From assembly GCF_028599055.1 (NCBI RefSeq), contig NZ_JAQRMS010000001.1:1-54066 (forward strand): a stretch of 54,066 nt of DNA, written 5' to 3'. Under the pieces are notes generated by a model, which worked only from the letters and a program-made list of their open reading frames with translations, did no database searches and was not told the origin of the DNA. Every line of letters begins with the position of its first letter. Position 1 is the stretch's first letter. The position numbers and the translations under genes are program-made. Origin of the DNA: Candidatus Thioglobus sp. (GTDB taxonomy: Bacteria; Pseudomonadota; Gammaproteobacteria; PS1; Pseudothioglobaceae). Positions 51,557 to 54,066 of this stretch are shown here, piece by piece.

Positions 51557-52336
51557 TTAGATTAAGTTTTCCATTGGTGAGGAGGCAGAAGCGTAAGCTT
51601 TTTTCATCATTCTTCCTGCTAGGTAGGACTCTCTGCCAGCAATCACTGCATGTTTCATTGCACTGGCCATCAAAATAGGGTCTTGCGCATTGGCAATAGC
51701 AGAGTTCATTAGGACGCCATCACAGCCAAGCTCCATCGCACGCGCTGCATCCGTGGCACAGCCAATACCTGCATCAACCAACACAGGCACTTTGGCTTGT
51801 TCTTTGATTAATTTGATGTTGGCAGGGTTGGCAATGCCTTGGCCTGAGCCAATCAGTGAGGCGAGTGGCATTACGGCGGCACAACCGATATTCTCAAGCT
51901 CTTTAGCAACAATTGGGTCGTCACTGGTGTAGACCATCACATCAAAGCCGTCATTAACTAGTGTTTTTGCGGCTGCTAGTGTTTCAACAATGTTTGGATA
52001 AAGTGTTTTTTCATCGCCTAGTACCTCAAGCTTTACCAAGTTATGCCCGCCTAATAATTCACGTGCTAATTGGCAAGTGCGCACAGCATCTTTGGCCGTG
52101 TAGCAGCCTGCCGTATTTGGCAAAATGGTGTACTTATCTGGCGAGATAACATCAAGTAAATTTGGCTCGTTTTCATCCTGGCCAATATTAGTACGACGAA
52201 TGGCAACGGTGATAATGTCAGCTTCAGCTGCATCCGTTGCGAGTTTTGTTTCGGTTAAATCTTTATACTTTCCTGAGCCGACCAGTAAGCGAGAATTATA
52301 AGTTTTTCCGGCAATTACTAGAGGTGCGTCAGTCAT
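51557..52336 (-). CDS. thiG: thiazole synthase
   Basis: [38 protein letters not shown]. Confidence 0.97.
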   Translation of the reverse strand: MTDAPLVIAGKTYNSRLLVGSGKYKDLTETKLATDAAEADIITVAIRRTNIGQDENEPNLLDVISPDKYTILPNTAGCYTAKDAVRTCQLARELLGGHNLVKLEVLGDEKTLYPNIVETLAAAKTLVNDGFDVMVYTSDDPIVAKELENIGCAAVMPLASLIGSGQGIANPANIKLIKEQAKVPVLVDAGIGCATDAARAMELGCDGVLMNSAIANAQDPILMASAMKHAVIAGRESYLAGRMMKKAYASASSPMENLI

Positions 52337-52358
52337 AATGATAAAGGTTTATTAATTA

Positions 52359-52450
52359 TGGCGGAGAGTGAGGGATTTGAACCCTCGATAGGGGATAAAC
52401 CCTATACACCCTTAGCAGGGGCGCGCCTTCAGCCACTCGGCCAACTCTCC
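52359..52450 (-). tRNA. tRNA-Ser(GCT)
   Basis: Minus strand GGAGAGTTGGCCGAGTGG...CGCCC-CTGCTAA-GGGTG, long variable arm, ...CTCTCCGCCA. Confidence 0.96.
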
Positions 52451-52499
52451 ATGAAAAAAAATATTATACCCTAAATATTTTAAATTTAAATAGCTAGTT

Positions 52500-52928
52500 T
52501 CAAAAACCGTAGTTATAGCGAAGTTTGAGTGCGCCAGGGTCATCTCCTTTAAAATCAATCATTCTAAAGCGCAGTTGACCCCAGTCTCCTTCTAGTTTGA
52601 TTTTCTCTTGCAAGGCTTGAAGTTTAATTTTTGCATCGAGAATGGCTTGCTCTGATTCATTCCAATTGCTATTTTCGTCTTTAGGGGTGCCAAGTTGATA
52701 CTCATGAAACAAAAGCTCGTTTTGAATGTCTGTTGCTTCAAGGTTGATATTGTACGTATCTTCACCCATTTCATAGCTAACTTCTAAATCTAGAATTTCA
52801 TAGTTAATGGATTCAATCTCATCAGCAACGTTAATGGTTTCATTGGTTGTATTTTCAGCAAATGCTACTTGTGCGAATCCAAGCGATAATAATAGTAACG
52901 CCTTACTAAGCTGCTTTAAAAAAACCAA
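52500..52928 (-). CDS. hypothetical exported acidic protein
   Basis: Signal peptide ending AQVAFA; C-terminal LRYNYGF; start uncertain (TTG at 52928 assumed). Confidence 0.55.
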   Translation of the reverse strand: MVFLKQLSKALLLLSLGFAQVAFAENTTNETINVADEIESINYEILDLEVSYEMGEDTYNINLEATDIQNELLFHEYQLGTPKDENSNWNESEQAILDAKIKLQALQEKIKLEGDWGQLRFRMIDFKGDDPGALKLRYNYGF

Positions 52929-53137
52929 TGATAAAGTCCTAGAGTGTTGACACAAACAAAAACAGCATTTAGTAGCACTAACGATTTGTCGTTATTTTTA
53001 GCGCCCTGGATAATCCAGCTGATGGCTGAAACCATGAAGAATAGGTAGCCAAATTTAGAATACTCAAAATTGAGCGCCACTAGTAAACCTCCGGTTATAC
53101 CAGTAATGGTGCCGAGCCAGCCCCAGTTGTTAGTCAT
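52916..53137 (-). CDS. small hypothetical membrane protein
   Basis: 73 aa, about three TM segments; ATG overlaps osmC-like stop. Confidence 0.7.
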   Translation of the reverse strand: MTNNWGWLGTITGITGGLLVALNFEYSKFGYLFFMVSAISWIIQGAKNNDKSLVLLNAVFVCVNTLGLYHWFF

Positions 53138-53543
53138 TGATAGAAAAATCGTGAGTAACGTCAGCCATTTTCCCAAGCATGATGGAGGCAGAGCAGTATT
53201 TGTCAGCCGACAAACTAACCGCCTTGGCTATTTTTTTCTCGTTAAGATTATTGCCACTGATAACAAAGTGTAGGTGGATTTTAGTAAATACCTTAGGGTG
53301 TTCATCAGCACGCTCAGCTGAAATTTCAACGCGACAATCATCAACCACTTCGCGCATCTTTTTTAGGGTTGAGACTACGTCAACCGTGGTGCAACCACCC
53401 ATGCCAATTAGTAGCATTTCCATGGGTCTAACGCCTAAATTATTGCCGCCTAACTCTTCAGGACCGTCCATCACAATGGCGTGTCCGCTGGCAGATTCGC
53501 CTACCATCATCATGCCGTCAATCCATTTAACTGTTGTGTTCAT
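53130..53543 (-). CDS. OsmC/YhfA family protein
   Basis: PMEMLLIGMGGCT..DV, PKVFTKIHLHF, SADKYCSASIML. Confidence 0.92.
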   Translation of the reverse strand: MNTTVKWIDGMMMVGESASGHAIVMDGPEELGGNNLGVRPMEMLLIGMGGCTTVDVVSTLKKMREVVDDCRVEISAERADEHPKVFTKIHLHFVISGNNLNEKKIAKAVSLSADKYCSASIMLGKMADVTHDFSIND

Positions 53544-53558
53544 GTTGCCATCCCTATT

Positions 53559-54065
53559 TTAGGCGAAAATATCTTCTAGTGCTTGACCTGGGTTATCCTG
53601 GCGCATGAATGCTTCACCCACTAGGAATGAATGAATATTGTGCTCTTTCATGAGCTTAACATCTTGTGCGCCTAGAATGCCGCTTTCAGTAATAACGAGT
53701 GTATCGTCGTCAATGGCCTCTAATAGATCAATCGTGGTTTGCAAGGTAACATCAAAAGTGCGTAAATTACGGTTGTTAATACCCACCATTGGTAGGCGTA
53801 ACTGTTGTACACGCTTAAGCTCTTCAAGATTGTGCACTTCAATTAATACATCCATGTGGCAAGAAATAGCCAACATGGCTAAATCCTCCATGCGCTGATC
53901 ATCAAGACAAGCGGCAATGAGCAAAATACAATCTGCGCCCAAAACTCTTGATTGAAACACCTGGTATGGTTCAATAATGAATTCTTTGCGTAATACTGGC
54001 AGCGTGGAGACGGACCTAACTTGTGCAACATATTGATCATCACCTTGAAAGAAATCTTTGTCAGT
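53559..54065 (-). CDS. trpC: indole-3-glycerol phosphate synthase (5'-partial, runs off window)
   Basis: TDKDFFQG, LPVLRKEF, GADCILLI, LIEVH, GINNRNL, ESGI, LVGEAFMR. Confidence 0.95.
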   Translation of the reverse strand, partial: TDKDFFQGDDQYVAQVRSVSTLPVLRKEFIIEPYQVFQSRVLGADCILLIAACLDDQRMEDLAMLAISCHMDVLIEVHNLEELKRVQQLRLPMVGINNRNLRTFDVTLQTTIDLLEAIDDDTLVITESGILGAQDVKLMKEHNIHSFLVGEAFMRQDNPGQALEDIFA

Positions 54066-54066
54066 T

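Noticed and set aside
34665-52450. tRNA genes as island integration sites
   Set aside because: No duplicated tRNA 3' ends or integrases noticed; flanks are housekeeping genes
2391-53898. Many 60-130 aa antisense or alternate-frame ORFs in the ORF track (e.g. 12806..13204, 19271..19612, 31254..31613, 53179..53562)
   Set aside because: They overlap well-supported genes, lack RBS and motifs, and are typical shadow ORFs

Overview
Low-GC chromosomal segment of a chemolithoautotrophic sulfur-oxidising gammaproteobacterium. Gene content and compact gene order suggest the SUP05/Thioglobaceae group (inference). The centre holds a reverse dissimilatory sulfite reductase operon, dsrABEFHCMKLJOPNR, without dsrS. 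It is surrounded by housekeeping genes (alaS, prmA, carAB, greA, xerD, rplS, gltD, tsaE, hemD, metF, infA, oadGAB, panD, lolD/lolC-E, lpxK, kdsB, folD, purEK, bioFH, thiS, thiG, partial trpC), two tRNAs, a RelBE-type toxin-antitoxin pair and a LysE pseudogene. Two signals are not explained by the ORF track. (1) An unannotated 55-aa gene (5443..5610, minus) sits directly upstream of a one-cysteine DsrC/TusE paralogue, and its promoter is a gapless 52/69 match to the dsrA promoter, with two palindromic boxes and a compensatory change. This suggests an undescribed dsr regulon with a new small-protein member. (2) A family of about 100-126 bp ERIC-like palindromic elements (five copies plus one collapsed remnant) has diverged stems but conserved internal-loop motifs. 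The five full copies start within a few bases of a stop codon, and all are in the same orientation relative to the upstream gene.
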